This document shows positions 48,112 through 61,203 of a stretch of DNA of 64,000 nt, piece after piece. Within the stretch, counting starts at the first letter, position 1; every line of letters starts with the position of its first letter. The notes beneath the pieces were generated by a model, which was not told the origin of the DNA, did no database searches, and saw nothing but the letters and a program-made list of their open reading frames with translations. The translations under genes were made by a program, and so were the position numbers. The stretch covers positions 56,706 through 120,705 of the forward strand of contig NMRA01000393.1 in NCBI GenBank assembly GCA_002633005.1. The letters run 5' to 3'. Source of the stretch: Phoronis australis (taxonomy: Eukaryota > Animalia > Phoronida).

Positions 48112-50781
48112 AGTTAACAGTTTGTTTTTTCAAACTGTATTTACTGAAATCAATGGCTTTCATTAACCCAGACCAGCGATAAGATCAAAATCAGCCACTC
48201 GAACTCTCGTCTTAGTCCCAGACCTCAGAGCAACAGTCACGACATGACACCACTATTCCGATAATTTGTTTCGATTTCTTCTGGCGTAATCGCTTTCATC
48301 TTGTTGTGACGTGGTGACAATGGGTATATCTGCAGAAGCGTCAAGTAATATGTGTAATGCGTCAGTGACGTTCACACGCCTGATGTAGACCAATGGAATC
48401 AGCCTCCACTTGAAACTAATTTAGATGCGACACTGATAGCAGTGTTCACGGTTATAAAACATCGCATGCAGATGTATCCAGCCACGTCACTGACAATAGT
48501 AGCATAAGCCGTGTCCCAGGACCCTCAGGCTCCTCGTTCTCCTTTCAAAGCGTTAGATCTAGTTAACCTGATCGGTCAAGGCAGTATTTCCAGTGCCATA
48601 AAACTGAGCCGTGCCAAACAGGAGAAAAATTCGCGTTTTCCCCGCCGGAAAAGGTGATGGGACAGTAACGGCGTTATTGCTACCCTCTGACTCCGCGCCA
48701 CCTACTCTGAACAGTGGCCCTTTGGAAACATGATGAACGACACACGGAATTCCGTGTGTGAGCATCGACTGAACTTCATAATTCCAGCCGTCAATTCAAG
48801 CAAATTTGACAAAAACTATAAAATATCTAATTGTACTTAACAAATAGTTCATATCTATCGGCAACGACTTCAAAATACGAATTCCAATTTGTAATATTTT
48901 AATTGAAGGGGTTTCCCGACTTCCAACCAATGGGAATGACTGAATGTTTTGACGTCGGTTTCATTACTTTAACCAATGAGAAACCGTGTTAAAGAACAGT
49001 TAATAATTCTACGTTATCGCTCCCAACAAGTGAAGGTGGTTATTCCGTGCCTGCTATGAATTTCCTTATTATGCGCCCACATATTTATATGTGGACGCAT
49101 TATGCCGTCATCTATGTCCGTCCGGCGTCCGTCTCCAAGATACCTTGATGTATGGTCATGAACTTTTGCACATGTGTTCCTTCCGTGGATGGGACGGCAT
49201 GAGCGAACTTTTGGACGGATCCGACTACCGGTGTGACCCTTAGTGGCAATTTTAGTTTTTTACGTTTACCTCTGTATCTTCAAAAGTCCTCAACGAATTT
49301 TCATAAAATTTGGTATATAGGAACCTATTAGTGAGATGACGCTATCCTCTTGTTTTCGGATGGATTCGACGTAGTTTGCGCCAACTAGTGGCCATTTTTA
49401 CTGTTTTCGAGTTTGTTTTTTGCGTCCACCCCTCTATCAACCAAACCGCTCAAAGGATGATTGTGAAAATTGGCATGTATGTTTTTACTTTGAAGTGGAC
49501 GGCTGACGATGATTTTCTGACGACTTCGACTACTGTGGTGCCTCCTAGTAGCAGTTTTGTTTTCTTTGCGCCTATAGCTGTATCTCCTAAACTGTTCGCA
49601 GGATCTTTACTAAATTTAGTAAGTGTATTTATGTGATGTTAACAACGAAGGACGACGACTTTCAGACGGATCTGGCTACTGGTGTGCCACCTAGTGGCAA
49701 TTTTATTTTGTTTACGTTAAAGGAGAATACCACCCTAAAAACAACCTATTTTGTATCAATTTAGATCGAGTAGTTCTACTCGATAACGGCAGGTTCGGTT
49801 GCGTTACCTGACACCTGACGGTAGACGGAGGTGTTGAAATTATCCAATGACGTAATTGGTTTCACACGCAGTCTGTTCAGCAGTTCACAACACGGGTTAG
49901 TGGTGTCAGCTTATCGCTTGAATTCATCGTTTAACAACAATAAATCATCAAACTTCGATGTAAAACCCTTAGAAATACACCGAGTTCTTATAAAAACGTG
50001 TTGTTTTATTTCGCTGTTACGGATTTACCGATGTCGCAGAATGTGTTATTGTGTTTTTGCTTCATTTAGTTTAGTCATCGTATTACATCACTGACTGTTA
50101 TTGTCTACTACCACTTTCTCCGCATGCAGAAGATGAGTAATACTTCCTATTCCTAGAACTCTTGATTTATCAGCATATTGCATCCTTTATTTGTTCATTT
50201 GTTTGATTGGTTAATTCGTGTTTCTCTGGTCTCTCTCTCTATATATATCACTTTCACTTATATTTGAAGTAGTATTAGTAGCTTCAGTAGTATGAGTTGT
50301 TTCTCCGTATTGAGAGTTGTTCTTATCATTCGTCTTCAATATACTAGTCAAGATTCAACTCTTGTGTTCTCGCCTATACGAACCACCTCGCACACAGCCA
50401 AACCGCATTTTTCCGTGTACAACTAGTATTTGGACACACCGTAACCTACAAAGTTCGGCAGGCCAATTTACCAAGTGTAGCAGGAGTTTGGGGTGTGTTC
50501 GGAGGTAAATTCGAAGTATTCTTCCGTGAAATACAAACGAGAGAACCTAGATCTGTGTTGTTTATACTTGTGATTTTTTGAGTTCGAAACACACAAAACG
50601 CATGTTATCCCGGCCAGTGACTCGGAACCCGATCAGGCCCGTCGCGGCCGCCGGGACTGGCACGAACATAAACCAGCTTGAGTTGGAAACTAAACCTCTA
50701 GTCACAAAAAGACTATAATAGTGAGCCAAAGAAATAATGTGCACGTAATTATTTATGTGAATTAGCCACGAAACTGAAAAT

Positions 50782-51104
50782 CTACTTACTTGTCGGGGGC
50801 CCCGAAGTCGGGTTCCCCTTCCACAGACCGTCAGGGAAAAGGTTGTACAGTAACATTGATTTGAATAATGTATTTCTATTTCTAAATAAAGACTCCCCTA
50901 TCATGTGACCATGGCATATGAAATCGAGTAAAAATTTTTTACAACTGTAGAGCTTTCTGTTAGCAAACACTGAATTAGCATGCGCTCCCACGGCCTCGGT
51001 GCCCGATCAATTACCTTTGTTGTCGGCATCAAACGCCGGTAACGCAATGGTTTATTCATTGCTGCCTTCTCAAAACATTTGCACTCATGAGCACTGCAAG
51101 GCAT
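50782..51104 (-). pseudogene. Second, more degenerate THAP-like domain in the Kolobok
   Basis: MPCSAHEC...LRYRRL.P...W, frameshift, NRK...ICHGHM..GNPT: C2CH spacing retained across two ORFs. Confidence 0.45.
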
Positions 51105-51372
51105 TACAAATTGTATCTAATGAGACAGCCTTTGTTTCAGTTTCATATAAGCATGGTTAGGATCATTTTAGGATGGGAATAATGCATTTTGAAACAGAAC
51201 GCAGAATAATAAACGACATGGCAACTCGCCCGGCGCCAATCCCGACTTAGTCAAGAGCTCACTGACATCTGACGAAGACTTCGCGGGTCGGATCATTAGG
51301 TTTCAGGCTATCAGTTCGAACAGGAATGCACTGATCAAGAAATACTACAGAGGCACCGTGAACATGCACAGG

Positions 51373-51614
51373 CTACGGAACGTATGGATTCTTCTTTGGT
51401 AAGCCGTGATTCGTCACAAAATGCCGGTCACAGACACGTAGATGTTTCACGGCCTCATACTTGCTATTAATAGCGTACCTTTCATTCTTCACTACCGCGA
51501 GCCACTTCATATGTACTTCGGGCTCTCGAGGAAGTCGAAAAAATGATATACCCGCTTTCTTCGCAGCTTTATAGTTCGGACAAGCATGAACGATGTACCG
51601 CAATATAGCGGCAT
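51373..51614 (-). pseudogene. THAP zinc-finger domain, frameshifted near the start
   Basis: MPLYC, 5 extra nt, then IVHACPN...GISFFRLPREP...KWL...RVCDRHF...YVP*. Confidence 0.85.
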
Positions 51615-54600
51615 TCACTCTGCAGACGAACCACTGACGTCGCTGCGTCGTTTCTCACCATCCTCACAGGTTAACGCGATACCTGTCGGCAAAGTGAAGT
51701 CGACCGTATAAGCGGCGACATGGATATAGACCATTTAAGATGGTAAAAATGACTAATTAAATCGGGTGTCATTCTCCTTTAACCTCTGTGTGTTCAAGGG
51801 TGCGCAACGTAGTTTCATAAAATTTGGCATACCGACCTGTGTTAATGAGATGACGCTATATCTCCATTTTCAAATGGATTCGATGTACTTTGCGCCACCT
51901 AGTGGCCATTTTTTGCTGATTTCGAGCCTGTTTTTTGGCGTCCACTCATCTATTAACCAAACCGCTTTCAGGATAATTGTGAAAATTGGCGTGTATGTTT
52001 TTACTATGAAGTGGATGGCTGACGACGATTTTCCGAATTAGTTTGACTACTGTGGCACCTCCTAGTGGCTGTTTTGTTTTGTTTTTTGCGCTCATAGTTG
52101 TATCTCCTAAACCGTTTGCAGCATCTTTACTTAGTTAACAAGTGTATTTATTTGATGTTGACAATGGACGACGACGACTTTCGGACGGATCTGACTACTA
52201 GTGTGCCCCTTAGTGGCAATTTTAGTTTTTTTGTTTGCCAGTCTGTATCTTCACAGGTCCTCAACAGATTTTTATAAATTTTGAATACAGGCATCTATTG
52301 GTGAGATGACGCTATCATCCTGTTTTTGGATGGAATCGAGGTATTTTGCGTCACCTGGTGGTCATTTTTGCTGTTTTCAAATCTTGTTTTGGCGTGCACC
52401 CCTCGATCAACCAAATCATTATAGGGATGGTTTTAAAAATTGGCGTATATGTTTTCAGTGTGAAGAGGACGTTTGATGATGGCGCCTCCTTGTGGGAGTT
52501 TTGCGCCCATAGCTGAATCTCCAAAACCCATTTCAGGATCTTTATTAAATTTAGTAAGCGAATTGATATAAAGATAACAGACCACGACTTTCAGGCGGAT
52601 CGAACGGACGCTGTGCCCACAAGTGGCAATTTCATTTTGTTGTGATTTCCTTTGTTCTCTGGGGTTCCTTGATAGGTTTTTATGAAATATGTCATGTTCC
52701 CGTTTTTGGATGGATTGTGCGTTTTGCGCCATCTAGTGGCCATTATTATGATACAAATAAATAAACCCTAAAAGCACACCATTTGCGATGCATTCGTGGG
52801 CGCATTTCAACGCTCGGCGTTGCTCTTGTTTCTTTTGATGTAGATCGCAAGTAGTCTAGACTATGCCTGCAATGATAAGGATTTTGAGAAGATGGAGATC
52901 TCGAGTTCGCCTATGAGTTTCAGTCGACTAAACTCCAGCCCGGACCCCCAGGTTACGTAAAAACGCTCTTGTTGCGTACGTAAATAAGCTCTTGTTGCGT
53001 CGGATGTAAAAGCACGGGACGTTGAAAAACATCGCATTCGCAATAGAGTTGTGTTAAACTACTCGTTTTGTACGGAATATGTGACAGTTCGTACATTGTG
53101 TTCAGTCAAAATTAGCACAATAATTTGAATCTACTACTATGCCTGTGCCTTCTTTTTCTAGTTTCGGGATTTATCAGCGGTCAGCGTATACGTTGGCCAA
53201 ACATAATTGGCAGATCCCACTTAAACGAAATTCCACAATACACTTTTCACGTAATTTTACAGTGACATTCACAGCGACGACGACACAAAATCCACATTTG
53301 CGTGTATTAATGTTTGCGTAGTTCGTGAAGCATTGTAGGTTTTGCTTGTCAGAGGGTAGGGCTTACGTGCACTGACGGGGATGGGGGGAGCTGCAGCCGG
53401 GCGCATTTTCTGTCAAATGACACCCCGTACGAAGCATTACAGTTCAGTCCAGTTACGGAAAAGCAGTGACAGTGACCTCGCCTGAAGAGCAAGTGTACTT
53501 CAGAAATTTGTCCGCGTAGTGGCGCTGCGACCAAGTCGGAAGGTTTGCCAGTGAGGAGGGGCTTAGAATGGCTGGGCTCACTGTTACTGTTGGCCTGTGG
53601 TGGTATTAGATACATATGCCTGTGCTCGCATTTACCGTGGGACAAGATGTTTTTCCTGCTATCAATTTCGCTAGTGAATTCATTTAAAGTTTCAAGTGGA
53701 GGCTGGTTCGATTCTAGTCCTTGGTAAACGTTATACGTTACGTGTACATATACGTCACTCTGAAGTGACGCTTAAGACATTATTTGACGTAAAACCTGTA
53801 TCACCATGTCGCAAAGCATGGAATTCGCTGCCAATTTCGCGCGCAACGGTGCCTGGAGCATTTAAAGTTTCAAACTGGGCGGAGAGGATTCAAGGCATAC
53901 ATTTCACGCATGGCTGTCACTGACGCATAGCGAAACAAACAAATGATCTAAAATTCATATGAACCAAAATTGGAAAATTGAAATTTATGTGTAAAGCTAC
54001 ATTTCACCATGTTGTGCCGGCTAAAATAAACGAAGATCGAATTAAAACCTGTATTCTCATAATTCTTTCTCAGAATATTCCTCTTGACTTGGGCCGTCCA
54101 ACCCTAAAATTGCGAATTCGCAGGAAAATGGACCTTCGAAACCCAGATTGTCGTAAGTATTTCATTGCGGCAATTGGGGTTTGTTGGGTTGCGCAAATTG
54201 CGAGTTTTCCCCACACGTTTGTAACAAAAATTGTCGCCATATACAATAAAAACGCATCTGGTTGCATTGACGGTTATTCGGTTGAGCTGGGGATGGATTA
54301 TTCTGCCCTCCATGAAAATAGGCTACGACCGGAGTAGTAAAGAAACTTGAGCCACCCGAAGGAAAAACCGCTTTCACCTGCTGCGCACCACGTGATTGGA
54401 GAGAATTGTCTCGTAGACATTTTGACGAAGAAGAGGATAAGAGCGACAGAAGATAACATTGTCAATGTTGACCATCAATTTCAACTGATACGGAAATAAC
54501 GTATTTCTACGTATGTTTGCCGTTTCTGTATTGTTACGGCGTAGCGCCAAAATGCTACATATTTTCAGTGATTAATACGCATTTTTCTCAATGTTCGGAA

Positions 54601-57600
54601 TAAAGTTTTCAAACCTTCGCTTTGGCGTTTACTTTCGATCTCTTTTGTCTTAAAAAATCTCATATCGCGAGCCTTGCTCGACAGGGTCAAAGGATTTACG
54701 AAGGAGTATAACAACAATCACAGTTACTAGATGTAAGAGCATCTAATAGGTAAGTAGGTGCATGCGTTGAATTTTGACACCTGACCAAAGTTGACTCGTT
54801 TCCGTCACCGCTATGGTTTGCTATATTTTTTACAAAAATTGCTATGGTTGGAGCAAAAAAAATGGTTGACACGTATGGTTGGCAGAGTGAGACAGGTGGA
54901 AACTACGTGTTGTTGGTGGGGAGAGAGGACCGATAGCTAAGGCATCTCTGAACAGTTTTAGACGAATTCAGTTTCAGAGGCTAAATGGTCAAAAAATCGC
55001 TAATTTCTGTCCACGATATATCAATTTATTTGCCAATGCGGCAATATGATCTACTCCACACAATAGGACTTTTGGTCTGATTCCATGATAAGGCCTTTTG
55101 AGAAGTGCAAGGTGCATGAAAGGGGCCAAGTTCAGTTCTAATGTGTGAATTTCAACAAAAGTTGTAATAAACGTACCCAACGCTCGTCATTTCAAGTTGG
55201 GTTCGTGATACCCTTGTTATCTTCAATAGGGGTTCGCCGTCGGTAGCACTTAAAACGCAGGAACTCATCTAGGATTTGAAAAATGGCGGTCCAAATTCGG
55301 ATTTGCTCCAGTGTTAAAAGCCGAAGTAACAGGTGCTGCGCGCGTGACGTTGACCTGGTTTTTCCGTACACGGCAAAAAGTGTCACACACCCAACAAACT
55401 CGAATCGCCTAATAATCATGGAATTCTGCAAAAAGTTGAAGTGTTTTGAGGTTTTTACTTTGATGGTAAGTTAGTCATTGAATACGTAACCAACATTAGA
55501 CGGTACATTTCATTTTTATTTCGCGTGAAGTTTGCACTGCATTCTCGCGCATCAATATACGCTGATCGGCCTGGGTGGATTTTTTCATAATTATTTCATT
55601 CATTCGTTCGAATTGCAACGGAACAGTGAGAACAAATTATGGAAGTTTACGCTAGATTTTTATCTGGTTTGCATGTTCATCGACATTGATGGCATTTGTG
55701 CGACAGGTCAGTCGGCGGATATCATATTTTTCATCGTGTATGTTCTCCTGCTCTGTCGAATTCACTTTGGGAGTGTCGCTTCCACTTCCGCGTTGGCAAC
55801 TAGCATTAGGGAGACGGCAAACCTTTGATTTTCTGGTGTGTACATCAATCTCACTGATTAAGTGTCCATGTAAGGGTACGTTAGAGCTGGATGCAGTATT
55901 TCTCAACATTCGCCATTCGGGGGATTCTGTATGAGGTCACCCTGACGTGACAGAACAGGAAGGTATTCCACCAAAAACATGGCTGCCAGTATTTGCCGAT
56001 CGTCATTTATTGATAGTAAAAACAGACGGCAATAAGCTGTAATGTCGAGTTATATCTGAATATTTATCGAACTAAAACAATGGATAGCAGGTTTCAATGA
56101 AATGTAGTAGTCATAAACGCTAAAATTCTTCATTTAGCGTCGTTTTCGCGGACATTGTCTTGAAACAATCCGTTTTTCTCTACTCGTCCAAGACGTCATT
56201 TTTTAAATTGGCCGTCTCAATGACGGCCAGAACGGCCGCTAGATGAGTCCGTGCAAAAAGTCAAAATACGATTTAGTCCACAGTCCCTAAAAACAACTTC
56301 CTTGAACAATGAACTACCTTAACAATTACTTTCGCGGATGCCTCTTGTCCACGGGCTGTGGGCTTCGCAAAGCTGATTGTTAGGCAAAATTCATATATCT
56401 GGTTCTGGGCTGTATTCAATAGTTGGCGCGTTTATAATTAGCAGGGTATTGGGTGTTCATGGCCAGAGGTAGGCTTAAATGACTTGTCTTGCTAGCCTAT
56501 TTCTTGGCTGTGCACAATAGCTGTCGTGGAAAGGCATTATATCGAGACAACAAGAACGTCTCAAAAGCTGTTCTTGTTATCATGAAACGAAACAACGGAA
56601 TTGGATTTAATTATATCTATTCAAAGGTATAGGATTTTATCTTTATTTTATTATAGTCCTGGGGTAAATATATTTGCCTTAAGGTGCGGCTACACTACGC
56701 TCATTTTCTTTTCAAGTTGGCGTAAAATATATCAAATTCAGGTAGAATACAATAGCCGATTATCAGTGCGTAATACTATACATTACCAACACAAGCCAGC
56801 AGTCCAGTAAAGCGATCTTCCGCGAATGATTGAAACAAGGGCGTCACGTGGTTTAATCTGAGTTTTAATTGCAATAGCTAGATGAAATTGTTCGTGTTGT
56901 GAGCGTGGCCAACAGCATTCTAGTTTGCGTTGCGGTGGAACTTGTTATGTTGTTGAATTCGTTGGTACGTTTCTGATATTCTGTCGATAGTAACGTGCCC
57001 TCACATGGCCCACTTAAGCACAAGGTTATCTGCTATTATCTGGACGCTGACTGTATTTTCAGGTAGGTGAAATGCTTGTTAAAAGTGATTTTTGGTGATC
57101 GTCACTTGGTTGTAAAAATACTTGTTTAATATGTGAGAGGCTTGTGTCTGCGAGTAAAAAAGTGGCGGAGGGTCTTATTTTCATAACGAATCAGTGCGGG
57201 CCTGTAGGGTGCAGGATCCAGTTCAGCCGGGCTTCAGGGGCGCAACTAAGGTATCATTTTAGTAACAACAATGAAACTGGGCCTAAGTTATGAATCAGTG
57301 CAGGTGCGTATGATGAGTGCCGAATCCAGTTAAGAGTAATTATGAATGCAGGTTTGAATGAGGGGTGCAGGATTCAGTTTACAGAACTGATTCAGTGAAG
57401 ACTTGATAGATTCAGACGCTTGGCATTAATTGCCACCAAAGAGGGATGCATAGGTTTGTAGGCATGTGACGGATTAATACACGTAGTCAAATGATATAAT
57501 TTTGCCTGAAATTCATTTTACTATTTCAACAATCACCGAAACATCACTCTCCTAGGGTCATTCGTGGATGGCCTAGATTTTCCTGAATTAAGACCTGTAT

Positions 57601-57900
57601 CAAAATTAATTGAGAAGTCAGTTTCTTGCATTTGTCGTCTATAAATTCGAACTTCCACTTACCTTCCATTAATACAATAACGTGACGGTTACAATAAGTA
57701 ATTAATTTTCCTTGATATGTTGAACTGTCTCGTGATACATGGTATAACACTACAATATGTAAATCGAAGGCACACACAGCGTGTCTTTCAAGTTTTCTGC
57801 AAGGTTTCTCAATTCTGTATTTCACAATAAGAGTTTTTATGCGGAATCTCGGTGGCAATACGCCTTAAGGGCAACCAGTAGTGAATGTCAGAGAGTAATT

Positions 57901-57969
57901 TATACGTGTTCACGTGACTTGTGGGCCCCTGCAGTATACGTGTTCACGTGACTTGTGGGCCCCTGCAGT
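57901..57969. repeat. Short perfect tandem duplication (about 34 bp x2)
   Basis: tatacgtgttcacgtgacttgtgggcccctgcag twice. Confidence 0.9.
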
Positions 57970-58687
57970 TGCAGTCTGTCACAGTTTTCAGGTCATCTTG
58001 AATTAAAAAAGCAGAATTTTTGTTTCCGGGCAACACATTAGCATCGTTTTGACTGACATGTACGAAGGCATGAAAATATTTCCCGCCCAACTGTTTGCTC
58101 CACAGATAGAGCGTTTGCATGTACTAAGAACACCAGTGTCATAAATATTGATTTCATGATCTTAAAAGGAAGTAATAATCTTGAGATACATCGGGCAAAA
58201 TATCCACATTGTCATCCAAATATCCACATTGTCATCCAAATATCGGCCATATTTTCTTTGTTTGCGGAAATTCGCAAGGAAATTAATTCAGAGTTAAAAA
58301 CTGTAGAGGACACTTCAGAGAATGCTTTCTCCTTTGGAAATTCTAATCGTTGGTGTACCGCCTAAAATGGTTTCAGTAGAAATATAGTAATTACAAATAA
58401 ATCGATTTTCTATGTGGTATTCAAATCTTTTGAACTACAATGTAATTTGCGTGAATACTACTTCACCCAAGTTGACTTACACTCCGACTTTCTAGACGGT
58501 TTGGGCCTACTATTTATTGGTGATTATGCGAACATGTTCTGACTGATCAATAAAATTTGTTCTTTGTCGTCAACTTCAGAAATAGAAAAGGTGTAGTTTT
58601 AGAGTCTCCGTGACATATCACAACAGTCTGTTGAGTTATAGTTGAACAAGTGCAGCAAATTAAACAGTTTTTTTAACTGGCAGCAAC

Positions 58688-58772
58688 AGAATAACGCAAC
58701 TTAGACAATAGAATAACACAACTTAGACAATAGAATAACACAACTTAAGACTAAAGAATAACACAACTTGGA
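58688..58772. repeat. About 22-bp tandem repeat x4
   Basis: agaataacRcaactt recurs four times. Confidence 0.85.
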
Positions 58773-61065
58773 CACAGTTGTAATGGAATGAACTCCCTTA
58801 CCTGTTTTTTAATTCTAAACCATTTGACTATAGCACCACTTTTTTCGCTTTTTTTGTTTTCAAATCGAAGCACACCCATATGAAGGGCCCTCTATTTTAG
58901 GGGTTCTTTACGAGAGGAGCGTGCGTTGATGACGTCAACTGAATCCCATGTATTCTCACCTGTAAGCCTGCTCGGGGTTGGCATTAAAGTCTTATTACAC
59001 CATTTGGCTGATTACTTATAAACGTTTCGATGCTCTTCTTAATCGAATTGAGAAACAATCTTCAATTGTATTCGGCTTTAAATGTAAATTTGGAAAAATG
59101 GTAACATTGATTTGAACCTTCATGTACAATATTGTAAACGCGTGAAGCTGGCATAGCGGGGAAGCGCATTAGGTGCATGCCAGTAGCGAGCTGGTACGGA
59201 TAGTTCTAGAGTGGATACCATAAAATGCTTCGTAACATTCAATTATCAATTAGAACAGTTTCACTCCCTAAATGATTGATACCCGATTACCAATTTCCAC
59301 AAATATGATCGTAAAAAGTTCTATTGGTTTTGATTTTTCTGAGAATATTTTATTACCAGTGAGCATATCAACACATATTTACATGTTTTGCTTGTGGAGC
59401 TAATATTCCTTGTGTTCATTGTTTGAGACATGCACGCCAAAAAATAGTGGGCCGAGTTGTCTTTTCGCTAAAATTACTGAAACGTTTCTAAATAAGGTGC
59501 CCCTTCCAATATCTTTTGGGAATGGGGGCCAAGAGGGAGGGCGCGATCTCATTGCCAGAATGCCCGCATAACAATCCGACCTTGACGGTCTGCTTTAATC
59601 AATTTTTGTGTGTACACTTTCAGTGTCTCTGCATCAACTAATTGGCATAAGTGGGTGTGGCTTATTGTTACACATGGCAATCATTTGGGCAGACGATATA
59701 GCTTTATGATATCTTTCATATGTTTTCATTACTTCTCTCTATATAATGTTGGCTACTTACAGTCACGTCATTGATAATTTGCAACATGTGTGGCATGAGG
59801 GCGTGGCAGACAGAATGATATTATATGATACTGTTTCAGTCTAATGCTATGTAAAACCCTACGGAAAAGTTACGTGGTTGCGGAATTAACACCTACAAAA
59901 GATGGTGTTTTGGGAGCAAATCGTCTCGAAAAGGTTCATTGTTCATGAAAGTTTCCAACAAATAGTTCAGTTAGTTTACGCGTGGGTATCCTAATTTTCC
60001 AGCTGCATTCCCGTCAAAAATGTGCCATACGCCATGCAGGAAATGTTTAATCTTCCTGCATGAACAGGTCTGTCAGTTTACTACTTTCCAGATAAAACTA
60101 AGTTTGAAGACTGCAACATGTAGCAGTGGAGTGATTGTTGGTTAACTTCATTATGCTTTGTGAAACGTTTCGTGTCTTTTTAAAGATGTGAAGGGAATAC
60201 CTTGAGGCTTTATTTTACGAAATGATGTGTCATTGCTGAAACTAAATGTGATAGATAAACTTATGGTCCCACATCCTTCCCTGGCCGTTTATACGTGCAT
60301 GTTAATAGTCATTCGGTGGTCACGTGTCATGACTTAATGCCACTCGACTAAACATAATTAATTCTTAGTCATGCACTGTCGATACTTACTGATTAAAAGA
60401 CTCCTTTAACTGTCTACAGACTCTAGTCATTGTAATTCAGTTTGCCTGACCGACTGGATATTTTTGAATACATACATTCGGTATGCTTGTTCGCGACTGG
60501 TCGGTTACACCGCACAGTATGCTGCAGTGCAGGTATTCAAGATCCAAGACTCCGTCGCCCTACCACAGTGACAGAGCGCGGTTCATGACCTGAGACTGGT
60601 TGAACGATTAACTGCAGTATTTCGTTTTCTGAACAGCAAGCTGCATGTAAGAGTACGCGTCCAAAAATCTGCGGAGTCTGTCGCAATGCCTGGTTAACAA
60701 TACTTTTTGCATTTTGGATTATTATTTTTCGCGAGATGGTCATTGAGTTGTTCAGAGGTGTGCCATTCGACCACCTTGGAAAAAATATTCAACAATTCTG
60801 GTTTGCATTTTGCTCTCCCACTCGACTGTTCTGGTTTAATAGTATCTTCATAATATTAAGTAATTACTTGGCGAAAATCATTTCGGATAGCAACACACAC
60901 ACATGTGAGCGTACTGACATCACTGGCATATCCGGGATCGTCAAGTATTGGAAAGATTAGTCTACCAAAAAGATAAACCATAGCCATTCACTTTTTAACG
61001 AATAATTCATACGTTTCGAATACTTGCCTTGTAGACTGGCGAAAGAACGGGAAAATAGTTTCGTG

Positions 61066-61203
61066 TTGTTCTGTTGTTTATCTCGTATATAGTATTACTG
61101 TATTATATAATTGTTCTGTTGTTTATCTCGTATTTAGTATTACTGTATTATATAATTGTTCTGTTGTGTATCTCGTATTTAGTTTTACTGTATTATATAA
61201 TTG
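61066..61203. repeat. 45-bp tandem repeat x3
   Basis: Unit ttgttctgttgtttatctcgtatttagtattactgtattatataa. Confidence 0.9.

Larger units (their letters stand above)
49721..51778 (-). mobile_element. Kolobok-type DNA transposon (non-autonomous, THAP-bearing)
   Basis: TTAA TSD at 49717-49720 and 51779-51782; TIR aggagaataccaccc / gggtgtcattctcct; internal THAP coding remnants. Confidence 0.85.
49069..52830 (+). mobile_element. HINE copy 3, interrupted by a Kolobok element
   Basis: Same termini; the host unit ...acgttaa|cctctg... resumes exactly after the insertion. Confidence 0.8.

Noticed and set aside
50764-50777. ag|ccacgaaactg resembling the start (PRN) of a BCOR PUFD exon
   Set aside because: Immediately followed by a stop, wrong phase, and inside the Kolobok element; coincidence.
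55532-55990. Coding-looking minus-strand segment
   Set aside because: Broken frames and no motif I can name with confidence.
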